From contig CAUVXA020000004.1 of NCBI GenBank assembly GCA_963555795.3, forward strand, positions 5,055 to 69,054: a stretch of DNA of 64,000 nt, read 5' to 3'. Every line of letters begins with the position of its first letter. The first letter of the stretch is position 1. Positions 9,895-18,599 of this stretch are shown piece by piece. The notes beneath the pieces were generated by a model, which saw nothing but the letters and a program-made list of their open reading frames with translations, made no database searches and was not told the origin of the DNA. Source of the stretch: Longimicrobiales bacterium (GTDB lineage Bacteria; Gemmatimonadota; Gemmatimonadetes; Longimicrobiales; Gaopeijiaceae). Position numbers and translations under genes: made by a program.

Positions 9895-12261
9895 ATGACC
9901 GACCCAACCACGCCCAACCTCAACTGGATCGCCAACTACATCTGGGGCATCGCGGACGATGTCCTCCGCGACGTCTACGTCCGCGGCAAGTACCGCGACG
10001 TCATCCTGCCCATGACCGTCCTGCGGCGCCTCGACGCGGTGCTCGAGCCCACCAAGCAGGCCGTCCTCGACATGAAGGTCTGGCTCGACGAGCAGGGGAT
10101 TGTCGAGCAGAAGGAAACGCTCCGGCAGGCGGCCGGCCAAGCGTTCTACAACACATCGAAGTTCACCCTCCACGACCTCCGCGCCCGCGCCAGCCGCCAG
10201 CAACTGAAGGCCGACTTCGAGGACTACCTCGACGGCTTCTCCCCCGGCGTCCAGGACATCCTCGAGAACTTCGAGTTCCGCAACCAGATTCCGCGCCTCT
10301 CCAAGGCCGACGCCCTGGGCTCGCTGATCGAAAAGCTCACCTCGCCCGACGTCAACCTGAGTCCTACTCCGGTGATCGACACCGACGGCACGATCCGGCA
10401 TCCCGGGCTCGACAACCACGGCATGGGCACGATCTTCGAAGAGCTGATCCGGCGCTTCAACGAGGAGAACAACGAGGAGGCCGGCGAGCACTTCACCCCG
10501 CGCGACGCTGTGGCGCTCATGGCGAAGCTGGTCTTCTTGCCCGTAGCCGACCGGATCGAGTCCGCCACCTATCTGCTCTACGACGGTGCCTGCGGGACCG
10601 GCGGCATGCTGACCGTGGCCGAGGACGTGCTGCAGCAGCTCGCGGCCGAGAAGGGCAAGCAGGTGTCCACCCACCTCCACGGCCAGGAGATCAACGCCGA
10701 GGCCTACGCGATCTGCAAGGCCGATCTCCTGCTCAAGGGGGAAGGGGAGGCTGCCGACAACATCGTCGGCGGGCCGGAGCATTCCACCCTCTCCAACGAC
10801 GCCTTCCCGACCCGCGAATTCGACTTCATGCTCTCCAACCCGCCGTACGGGAAGAGCTGGAAGACCGACCTGCAACGCATGGGCGGCAAGAAGGAGATGC
10901 GCGATCCGCGGTTCATGATCGAGCACGCGGACGATCCCGAGTACTCCCTGGTCACCCGTTCGAGCGATGGCCAGATGCTCTTCCTGGCCAACAAGCTTTC
11001 CAAGATGAAGCAGGGGACCAAGCTCGGGAGCCGCATCGCCGAGGTCCACAACGGCAGCTCGCTCTTCACCGGCTCCGCGGGACAGGGCGAGAGCAACATC
11101 CGCCGCTGGATCATCGAGAACGACTGGCTGGAGGCGATCGTCGCACTGCCGCTCAACATGTTCTACAACACCGGCATCGCCACCTATGTCTGGGTGCTCA
11201 CGAACCGGAAGCCCGAGCACCGCCGGGGCAAGGTGCAGCTGATCGACGCCGCGAAGTGGTTTCGGTCGCTCAGGAAGAACCTGGGGAAGAAGAACTGCGA
11301 ACTCGGTGAGGAGGACATCGCCAGGATCTGCGGGACGTTCCTCGATATCGAGGAAAGTGAGGAGAGCAAGATCTTCGACAACGAGGCCTTCGGGTACTGG
11401 AAGGTGACGGTGGAGAGGCCGCTGCGGCTGTCGGTGGATCTGTCGGAGGAGCGGGTCGAGGCGTTCTTCGACGCGTGCATTGAGGCGGCCGAAGTGGCGT
11501 TGGGGGACGTGATCCACGACGTTGCCGACGAGCTGGGGCCTGGGCCGCACTTCGACTTCACCGGATTCCTCGACGCTACGGAAGCGTCGATGCGGGTGCG
11601 CGGGATCAAGATGACGGCGAAGCGCAAGAGACTGCTCCAGAGCAGGTTGGGAGAGACGGACGAGATCGCCGATCCGGTGGTTGGCAAGGTTCACCGTACC
11701 GGGACACTGGCCGATCCGATCCGGGGCTGGTACGAGGTGGGCGAGGGACGAACCCGGCGGGTTGTGGAGAACGTGGCGGACACCGCGCTTCGGGACGAGG
11801 AGCTCATCCCGCTCCGGGAAGAGGGCGGCATCGTGGGCTTCCTGAAGCGCGAGGTCCTGCCGTACGCGCCGGACGCCTGGTACGCCCCGCAGAGTGTGAA
11901 GATCGGCTACGAGATCAGCTTCAACCGGTACTTCTACAAGCCCGAGCCCATTCGGACTCTGGAGGAGATTCGGGCGGAGATCACGGCCGTCGAACGGGAG
12001 TCGGAGGGATTGCTGACGGGGTTGCTGGTGCGCGAGCCGATGCCCCGCCTACGGGAAGCTGCGCGTCTACGCCGACACCTCGGTGATCGGCGGCTGCGAG
12101 GACGACGAATTCCGGGGTCCCTCCCGCCGGTTGATCGACCAGTGCGCACGCGGCGAAATGACGCTGGTGGTGTCGTCCGTGACGGAGAGGGAGCTGGCAA
12201 CAGCGCCTCGGGCAGTTCGCGAAGTGATTGGAGCCCTCGGCGACCTCCCCGAGGTGATTGA
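9895..12261 (+). CDS. hsdM: Type I R-M DNA methyltransferase subunit HsdM (long form). The native end is probably near 12030; the ORF runs on into the next gene.
   Basis: HsdM_N-like start (NYIWGIADDVLRDVYVRGKYRDVILPMTVLRRLD), motif I YDGACGTGGML, motif IV MLSNPPYG. The tail after ...ESEGLLTGLL is Arg-rich out-of-frame translation of the PIN-like gene. Confidence 0.9.
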   Translation: MTDPTTPNLNWIANYIWGIADDVLRDVYVRGKYRDVILPMTVLRRLDAVLEPTKQAVLDMKVWLDEQGIVEQKETLRQAAGQAFYNTSKFTLHDLRARASRQQLKADFEDYLDGFSPGVQDILENFEFRNQIPRLSKADALGSLIEKLTSPDVNLSPTPVIDTDGTIRHPGLDNHGMGTIFEELIRRFNEENNEEAGEHFTPRDAVALMAKLVFLPVADRIESATYLLYDGACGTGGMLTVAEDVLQQLAAEKGKQVSTHLHGQEINAEAYAICKADLLLKGEGEAADNIVGGPEHSTLSNDAFPTREFDFMLSNPPYGKSWKTDLQRMGGKKEMRDPRFMIEHADDPEYSLVTRSSDGQMLFLANKLSKMKQGTKLGSRIAEVHNGSSLFTGSAGQGESNIRRWIIENDWLEAIVALPLNMFYNTGIATYVWVLTNRKPEHRRGKVQLIDAAKWFRSLRKNLGKKNCELGEEDIARICGTFLDIEESEESKIFDNEAFGYWKVTVERPLRLSVDLSEERVEAFFDACIEAAEVALGDVIHDVADELGPGPHFDFTGFLDATEASMRVRGIKMTAKRKRLLQSRLGETDEIADPVVGKVHRTGTLADPIRGWYEVGEGRTRRVVENVADTALRDEELIPLREEGGIVGFLKREVLPYAPDAWYAPQSVKIGYEISFNRYFYKPEPIRTLEEIRAEITAVERESEGLLTGLLVREPMPRLREAARLRRHLGDRRLRGRRIPGSLPPVDRPVRTRRNDAGGVVRDGEGAGNSASGSSRSDWSPRRPPRGD

Positions 12262-12511
12262 TGCCGCGACCGATGAGATCAGGAATCTTGCGGACCGCTA
12301 CATCGAGAGCGGCGCCCTGCCCAAAGGGATGCGCTCCGATGCGCTGCACATCGCGGCCGCCACCGTGGCCGGGGTGGACGTGTTGGCGAGCTGGAACTTC
12401 CGTCATATGGTGAACTTGTGGCGCATCCGGCAGTACAGCGAGGTGAACCGCCGCATGGGGTATCCGCCCGTGGAGATACGCACTCCGAAGGAGCTTGAGC
12501 ATGAAGAGTGA
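12083..12511 (+). CDS. PIN-like domain protein (putative toxin); true start unclear
   Basis: The frame is open from 12017 and reads ..GKLRVYADTSVIGGCEDDEF...DALHIAAATVAGVDVLASWNFRHMVN...YPPVEIRTPKE. The YxDTSVIGG / DALH / SWNF layout is that of a recurrent PIN-like family. There is no ATG; the track start is the GTG at 12083. Confidence 0.65.
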   Translation: MIGGCEDDEFRGPSRRLIDQCARGEMTLVVSSVTERELATAPRAVREVIGALGDLPEVIDAATDEIRNLADRYIESGALPKGMRSDALHIAAATVAGVDVLASWNFRHMVNLWRIRQYSEVNRRMGYPPVEIRTPKELEHEE

Positions 12512-12734
12512 ACCCAGAGAGAAGAAATTCGACTGCGTGAAGTGGACCCGCGAGGTCCGGGACCGGATCAACGAGCAGATTGCAGACATGTCCGGCGAGG
12601 AGCTTCGGGAGTGGCTTTCCCAACGACCGACGGATCCGGTTCTGGCCAGGCTGTTCGACCGCAGGAAGGCGCCGGAGGGCGGGAGAGTTCGCGCTCAAGC
12701 CGCGGGTGGGCGAGGCGGCGCTCTTCATCGGTGA
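12501..12734 (+). CDS. Small protein coupled to the PIN-like gene (putative partner or antitoxin)
   Basis: The ATG at 12501 overlaps the PIN-like stop (ATGAAGAGTGA). KKFDCVKWTREVRDRINEQIADMSGEELREWL looks like a small helical protein. The C-terminal Gly/Arg tail is suspect. Confidence 0.4.
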   Translation: MKSEPREKKFDCVKWTREVRDRINEQIADMSGEELREWLSQRPTDPVLARLFDRRKAPEGGRVRAQAAGGRGGALHR

Positions 12735-12866
12735 GGTGGGAATTCTTGGATAGGTTAGCGCGAGCATCGAGAGCGGCGAGGCCCGGGCTGGCAAGGCGCG
12801 ACGAGAGGGCATTAGCAACACTACTGGGCCGAGGAACAACGCAGAGCAAAGCCTTGGAGAGGACAA

Positions 12867-12914
12867 ATGTATACTATACATGACATAATGTAATGTTCGC
12901 ATTACACTGCGAAC
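12867..12914. promoter_or_regulatory. AT-rich spacer with a 15-bp palindrome and two mutually exclusive hairpins upstream of hsdS
   Basis: ATGTATACTATACAT (12867-12881, 7-1-7 palindrome). GTAATG-TTCG-CATTAC (12890-12905). GTTCGCA-TTACAC-TGCGAAC (12895-12914). Confidence 0.25.
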
Positions 12915-13002
12915 AACCCGACCGAAGTGGTCCAGCGCGGGTGGATCACCGCTTAAATGCTGGGCGGACTGTCTCCGCGGACTGCCGGGAAGGCGACGGG
13001 GG

Positions 13003-14457
13003 GTGACCGCGTTGCAGCCCTATCCGGCCTATAGGGATTCCGGCGTGGAGTGGTTGGGGGAAATGCCGGAGCATTGGGAAATGCGGCGGGTGGGTACCGT
13101 TGCTGACCTGCGGGTTAGCAACGTCGATAAGCACGTCAAAGAAGGCGAACAGCCCGTGCGGCTGTGCAACTACGTCGACGTGTACCACAACGAGCGAATC
13201 AGCCCCGATGTCCCGTTCATGGTCGGTACCGCTAGGAGGCGTGAGATACGGAGGTTCCGACTGGCCGCCGGGGACGTGCTGGTAACCAAGGATTCCGAGG
13301 ATTGGACGGACATTGGCGTGCCGGCGCTCGTTGAGTATGCCGCAGACGATCTTGTGTGCGGGTACCACTTGGCGATGCTGAGGCCCAACAGGGCATTCCT
13401 CGACGGGGGGTACTTGTTCCAGGCGCTGAGGGATTCGCGCTTGGCATGGCAGTTCCGGGTCGCTGCGACAGGAGTGACTCGGTATGGCCTGTCACACAAC
13501 GCCATCAGGTCGATGAGAATCCCCCTTCCGCCTCTCCCCGAGCAAACCGCCATCGCCCACTTCCTCGACTACGCCGGCCGACGTATCCAGCGCTCCATCC
13601 GCGCCAAGGAAAGGCTGATCGAGCTGCTGGAGGAGCAGAAGCAGGCCATCATCCACCAGGCCGTCACGGGCCAGATCGATGTCCGAACCGGCCAGCCGTA
13701 TCCGGCCTACAAGGACTCCGGGGTGGAGTGGTTGAGGGAGGTGCCGGAACATTGGGAGACGCGACCAAGCAAACGGACATTCACTCCGCGCAAGGAACTA
13801 GCGAGACCCGACGACATTCAGCTCTCAGCGACTCAGGCCTACGGTGTGATAGCGCAGAAAGATTACGAAGACAGAGTTGGTAGGAAGATCGTCAAGATCT
13901 TCAAACACCTCACAAAGCGGCGTCACGTGGAGGTCGATGACTTTGTAATCAGTATGCGGAGTTTCCAGGGTGGCCTCGAAAGGGCATGGGTGAGTGGCTG
14001 TATCCGATCCTCATACATCGTTCTTCAACCTGCCACGAGTTTGGATGTAACCTACTTCAGCTACCTGTTTAAGTCTGTGGGTTACATCAGAGCCCTCCAG
14101 TCGACTGCCAACTTCATTCGCGATGGACAAGACCTCAACTTCGGCGACTTCTGTAAGGTTTACCTACCTTTTCCGCCCATAGAAACACAACGTCGGATCG
14201 CGCAGTTTCTCGTTAGCACCAACAATGACATCGCGACTACACTTGACCGTTACCGTTGCCAAAATGACTTGCTGCGAGAATATCGTACCCGGCTGATCGC
14301 TGATGTCGTCACCGGGAAACTAGATGTCCGCGAGGCCGCCGCCGCACTACCCGACATCGATCCCTTGGGCCCAGACGACCCCCACTGGGATCCCGAGGCG
14401 ACCAATACCGTGAGTCCGGAACCGCTTGATCACGCCCCTCCACGCCCCCACCCATGA
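13003..14457 (+). CDS. hsdS: Type I R-M specificity subunit HsdS (two target-recognition domains)
   Basis: The duplicated conserved segment QPYPAY(R/K)DSGVEWL(G/R)E(M/V)PEHWE occurs at the N-terminus and mid-protein. Central and distal coiled-coil conserved regions are present (LPEQTAIAHFLD..., ETQRRIAQFL...). The stop overlaps the hsdR start (ATGA). Confidence 0.9.
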   Translation: MTALQPYPAYRDSGVEWLGEMPEHWEMRRVGTVADLRVSNVDKHVKEGEQPVRLCNYVDVYHNERISPDVPFMVGTARRREIRRFRLAAGDVLVTKDSEDWTDIGVPALVEYAADDLVCGYHLAMLRPNRAFLDGGYLFQALRDSRLAWQFRVAATGVTRYGLSHNAIRSMRIPLPPLPEQTAIAHFLDYAGRRIQRSIRAKERLIELLEEQKQAIIHQAVTGQIDVRTGQPYPAYKDSGVEWLREVPEHWETRPSKRTFTPRKELARPDDIQLSATQAYGVIAQKDYEDRVGRKIVKIFKHLTKRRHVEVDDFVISMRSFQGGLERAWVSGCIRSSYIVLQPATSLDVTYFSYLFKSVGYIRALQSTANFIRDGQDLNFGDFCKVYLPFPPIETQRRIAQFLVSTNNDIATTLDRYRCQNDLLREYRTRLIADVVTGKLDVREAAAALPDIDPLGPDDPHWDPEATNTVSPEPLDHAPPRPHP

Positions 14458-17400
14458 CCACCGACCTAACCGAACGCGGCCTCGAACGCCTCATCTGCAA
14501 GGCTCTAGCCGGCGACCCGTGCGATCCACCCTCTGGCCGCACCGTCGGCGAACCCCCCCGCACCTACGGCGGCGGCGGCTGGTCCCCCGGCAACCACCAC
14601 GACTACAACCGCGAGTACTGCGTCGACCTCATCCAACTCTGCACCTTCCTCCACACCACCCAGCCCAACACCGCCCCCGCCCTCCGCCTCGACGAAGACT
14701 GCCCCACCCGCCGTAAGTTCCTCGCCCGTCTCCAAGGCGAGGTCGCCAAACGCGGCACCATCGACGTCCTCCGCCACGGCATCAAGCACGGCCCCCACGA
14801 CCTCGACCTCTTCTACGGCACGCCCTCCGCCCAGAACGAGACCGCCCAGCGGCGCTTCCGCGAGAATCAGTTCAGCGTCATCCGTCAGCTCCGCTACAGC
14901 CGCGATGACACCCAGCGCTCGCTGGACATCGGGCTATTCATCAACGGGCTCCCAGTCTTCACCTTCGAGCTCAAGAACAGCCTCACGAAGCAGACGTTCA
15001 GCGACGCCATCTGGCAGTACAAGCGGGACCGCAGCCCGCGCGAGCCCCTCTTCCAGTTCGGGCGCTGCGTGGCGCACTTCGCGGTCGACGAGAACGAAGT
15101 CCATTTCTGCACCCACCTCAAGGGGAAGGCGTCGTGGTTCCTGCCCTTCAACCGCGGCTGGCAGCGCGGTGCCGGCAATCCGCCCAACCCGGACGGTCTC
15201 CGGTCGGAATACCTGTGGCGCGACATCCTCACCCGGGCGAGTGTGTCCAACATCCTGGAGAACTACGCCCAGGTGGTGGCGTCGAAGAACGCGAAGACCG
15301 GCAAGAAGAAGAGAGTCCAGATCTGGCCGAGATACCAGCAACTCGACGTGGTGCGCCGACTCCTGCAGGACGCCGGTACGCACGGGGCGGGGAAACGGTA
15401 CCTGATCCAGCACTCGGCCGGCAGCGGCAAGAGCTACTCGATCGCGTGGCTGGCGCATCAGCTGATCCCGCTCGAAAGGGACGGCAAGCCCGTCTTCGAC
15501 TCGATCATCGTCGTCACCGACCGGCGCATCCTGGACAAGCAGATCCGCGACACGATCCGGCAGTACGCCCAGGTGGGGTCCACGGTGGGGCATGCCGAGC
15601 GGTCGGGTGATCTGCGGCGGTTCATCACGCAGGGCAAGAAGATCATCATCTCGACGATCCAGAAGTTCCCCTTCATCCTCGACGAGATCGGCAACGAGCA
15701 GCGCGGGCGCACCTTCGCGATCATCATCGACGAGGCGCATTCGAGCCAGGGCGGGAAGGCAAGCGCGGCCGTGGCGAGTGCGCTGGGCGAGGCCGGCGAA
15801 GTGGCGGAGGAGGAGACCTACGAGGACCAGATCAACCGCCTGATGGAGTCGCGCAAGCTGCTCCCCAACGCCAGCTACTACGCCTTCACGGCCACGCCGA
15901 AGAACAAGACACTGGAAATCTTCGGCGATCCGGATCCGCAGAGCGACGGCACGGTCCGGCATTTTCCGTTCCACAACTACAGCATGAAGCAGGCGATCCA
16001 GGAGGGGTTCATCCTGGACGTGCTCAAGCACTACACGCCGGTCAAGAGCTACTACAAGCTCGCCAAGACGGTGGAGGGCGACCCGGAGTTCGACGTCAAG
16101 AAGGCCCGCAAGAAGCTCCGGCGCTACGTCGAAGGGCACGAGCACGCGATCCGGCTCAAGGCCGAGATCATGGTCGACCACTTCCACGAGCAGTTGGTCG
16201 CCCAGCGCAAGATCGACGGCAAGGCGCGGGCGATGGTGGTCACCAACGGGGTCGAGCGCGCGATCCAGTACTTCCACGCCATTCGCGGCTACCTGAAGGA
16301 GCGCAAGAGCCCGTACCAGGCGATCGTCGCGTTCTCGGGGGAGAAGGACTACGGTGGGGAAAGGGTGAGCGAGGCCATCCTGAACGGTTTCCCCCCGGCC
16401 AGGATCGCCGAGAGGTTCCAGGAAGATCCGTACCGCTTCCTCATCTGCGCGGACAAGTTCCAGACCGGCTACGACGAACCCCTCCTCCACACGATGTACG
16501 TCGACAAGACCCTCTCGGGGGTCAAGGCGGTCCAGACCCTGTCGCGGCTCAACCGGGCGCATCAGAAGAAGCACGATGTCTTCGTGCTCGACTTCCTGAA
16601 CGACACGGAGACCATTACCGAGGCTTTCTCGAACTACTACCGCACCACCGTCCTGGCCGACGAGACCGACCCCAACAAGCTCCACGACCTCCAGGGCGAC
16701 CTGGACGGCGCCCAGGTGTACTCGGCTCGACCAGGTCAAGGAGTTCGTGAAGCGGTATCTGGACGGGGTGGAGCGCGACCAGCTCGACCCCATCCTGGAC
16801 CGGTGCGTGGCGGTGTACATGAGCGAACTGGGCGAAGACGAGCAGGTTGCGTTCAAGAGCAGGGCCAAGGGGTTCGTGCGCACCTACGCGTTCCTCTCCT
16901 CGATCCTCCCCTACAACAACCAGGGTTGGGAGGAGCGCTCGATCTTCCTGAACTTCCTGATCCCGAAGCTGCCGTCGCCCGTGGAGGAGGACCTGTCGAA
17001 GGGCATCCTCGAGACGATCGACATGGACAGCTACCGGGTAGAGAAGCGCGCGATACAGAAGATCATCCTGGGAGATGAGGACGCGGAGATCGAGCCGGTG
17101 CCGGGGGTCGGGGGAGGGGGCAAGGGCGAAGTCGAGATCGACCGCCTGTCGGTGATCATCGAGCAGTTCAACGACCTGTTCGGCGGGATCAGCTGGGAGG
17201 ATGCTGACCGGGTTCGCCAGATGATTACGGTGGACATCCCGGCCCGGGTGGCGGAGGACACCGCGTTCAAGAACGCGCGCCAGAACTCCGACCGCGAGAA
17301 CGCCCGGATCGAGCATGACAAGGCCCTCGGGCGGGTCATGACGAGCATCATGAAGGACGACACGGAGCTGTTCCGGCAGTTCGTGGACAACGCGGACTTC

Positions 17401-17460
17401 AAGCGGTGGTTGGGGGGTGTGGTGTTTGGGTTGGCGTATGAGGGTGTGGGGTCGGGCTAG
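14454..17460 (+). pseudogene. hsdR: Type I R-M restriction subunit HsdR with one frameshift near 16725
   Basis: Nuclease region (DIGLFINGLPVFTFELK), helicase motifs (QHSAGSGKS, IIIDEAHSSQ, FTATP, QTGYDEPLLHTMYVDK..QTLSRLNR). The reading continues in another frame from ..GAQVYS to LDQVKEFVKRYLDG... through 17460. Confidence 0.85.
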
Positions 17461-17479
17461 ACGGGATCTACGGATGGCG

Positions 17480-17822
17480 TGGAGTTACCCCGCTTTGGTG
17501 GACACTTTCAAACGTTGGATCCCAAAGAGGACGTGTCACCATGGCAGGAAAGGGACGCAGGTACGCGCCTGAGTTCAAGGCGCGGATGGTCGAGCTGGTC
17601 CGGGCGGGCCGGAGCGCGGACCGTCTGGCGCGGGAGTTCGACCCGCTTGCGCCGCTTCGGGTGCAGTCGACGACTCAGTCCAACGGCGTCGCAGAGCGCT
17701 TCATCCGGAGGCTCAAGGAGGAGTGCATCCACTTGCGCGAGTTCGAAACCCTCGAGGAGGCCAGAGAAGTGATCGGGGCCTTCATCGAGCGCTACAACAA
17801 CGGCTGGCTCCTGGATCAACCG
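17480..17822 (+). mobile_element. Chimeric IS remnant: IS3-type left end and OrfA start fused to an unrelated rve C-terminus
   Basis: The terminus TGGAGTTACCCCGCTTTGGTGGAC resembles the 4811 and 20671 termini. MAGKGRRYAPEFKARMVELVRAGRSADRLAREFDP jumps directly to ..QSNGVAERFIRRLKEECIHLREFETLEEAREVIGAFIERYNNGWLL. Confidence 0.6.
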
Positions 17823-17823
17823 G

Positions 17824-18078
17824 GGAGCCAAGGTCGCCGCCAATGTCTGGATCGGCAAGGGGGCGCGAATCGGTCGGGGTGCGCGGATCGGCCGGGGCGC
17901 CCGGATCGGTCGGTACGCCCGGATCGGCGACTATGCGGTCGTCAAAGCGAACACGGAGGTCAAGCCGGGCGAAGAGATCGAGTGCGTTTGGACACCACCA
18001 CCACCGGCCGGACTGAGGTGGTCCTACTTCGTTGGACAGTCCGAGGGCATAATTAAGGTGGATTCCGAGTGGTTGTGA
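17824..18078 (+). pseudogene. C-terminal fragment of a left-handed beta-helix (hexapeptide-repeat) transferase
   Basis: GAKVAANVWIGKGARIGRGARIGRGARIGRYARIGDYAVVKANTEVKPGEEIE...; the N-terminus has been removed by the IS junction. Confidence 0.45.
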
Positions 18079-18317
18079 GAGCCCTCGGCAGCTTTCGCTC
18101 TGTGTTTGCTTGGGGTGGATGCTCCACCCTGCGATCTTTGCCCGGCAGGGGAAGGACAGGCTCCAATATGAACCCCGCTCGCCGGGAGGGAAACCCGACC
18201 GGCGAGCGGGGCTTGGCGGCCGGCGGCGTGAGGCGCCCGGGATGGGCAGATCCCGCGTTGCTCCTCGGCCCCCCCGACTCACGAGGGCGCGCCCCGGCAC
18301 GTGCGAGGTTGCAGCGT

Positions 18318-18599
18318 TCACAGTGCTCCCGTGCCGTTGCGGTAAGCGTCGCCCGGGGTGCGCCCGCCCAGGGACGAATGCGGGCGCACCTCGTTGTAGA
18401 AGTCGATCCACGACCCGATGATGCGTTCGGCGTCCAGCCCGCCTCGGAGTTCGTGGAGGTACACGGCCTCGTACTTCAGCGACCGCCACAGCCGCTCGAT
18501 GAAGATGTTGTCGAGGAAGCGGCCCCGGCCGTCCATCGAGAACGCCACGCCCGCACCCAGCACCCGGTCCGCGAACGCCTCGCTGGTGAACTGCCTAGG
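18318..18599 (-). pseudogene. IS3-family OrfB C-terminal half (a second IS3 type)
   Basis: QFTSEAFADRVLGAGVAFSMDGRGRFLDNIFIERLWRSLKYEAVYLHELRGGLDAERIIGSWIDFYNEVRPHSSLGGRTP starts exactly at the IS30 junction. Confidence 0.7.

Noticed and set aside
9826-11694. 622-aa minus-strand ORF, and the 482-aa plus-strand alternate frame at 9861-11309.
   Set aside because: They overlap hsdM, whose frame carries all the methyltransferase motifs. The alternates are Arg/Pro/Gly-rich with no recognisable domains.
14934-16883. 649-aa minus-strand ORF.
   Set aside because: It is antisense to hsdR, has biased composition and shows no motifs.
17541-18056. 171-aa ORF that reads as one gene.
   Set aside because: It is a chimera: an IS3 OrfA start, an unrelated rve C-terminus, and an out-of-frame reading of a hexapeptide-repeat fragment.
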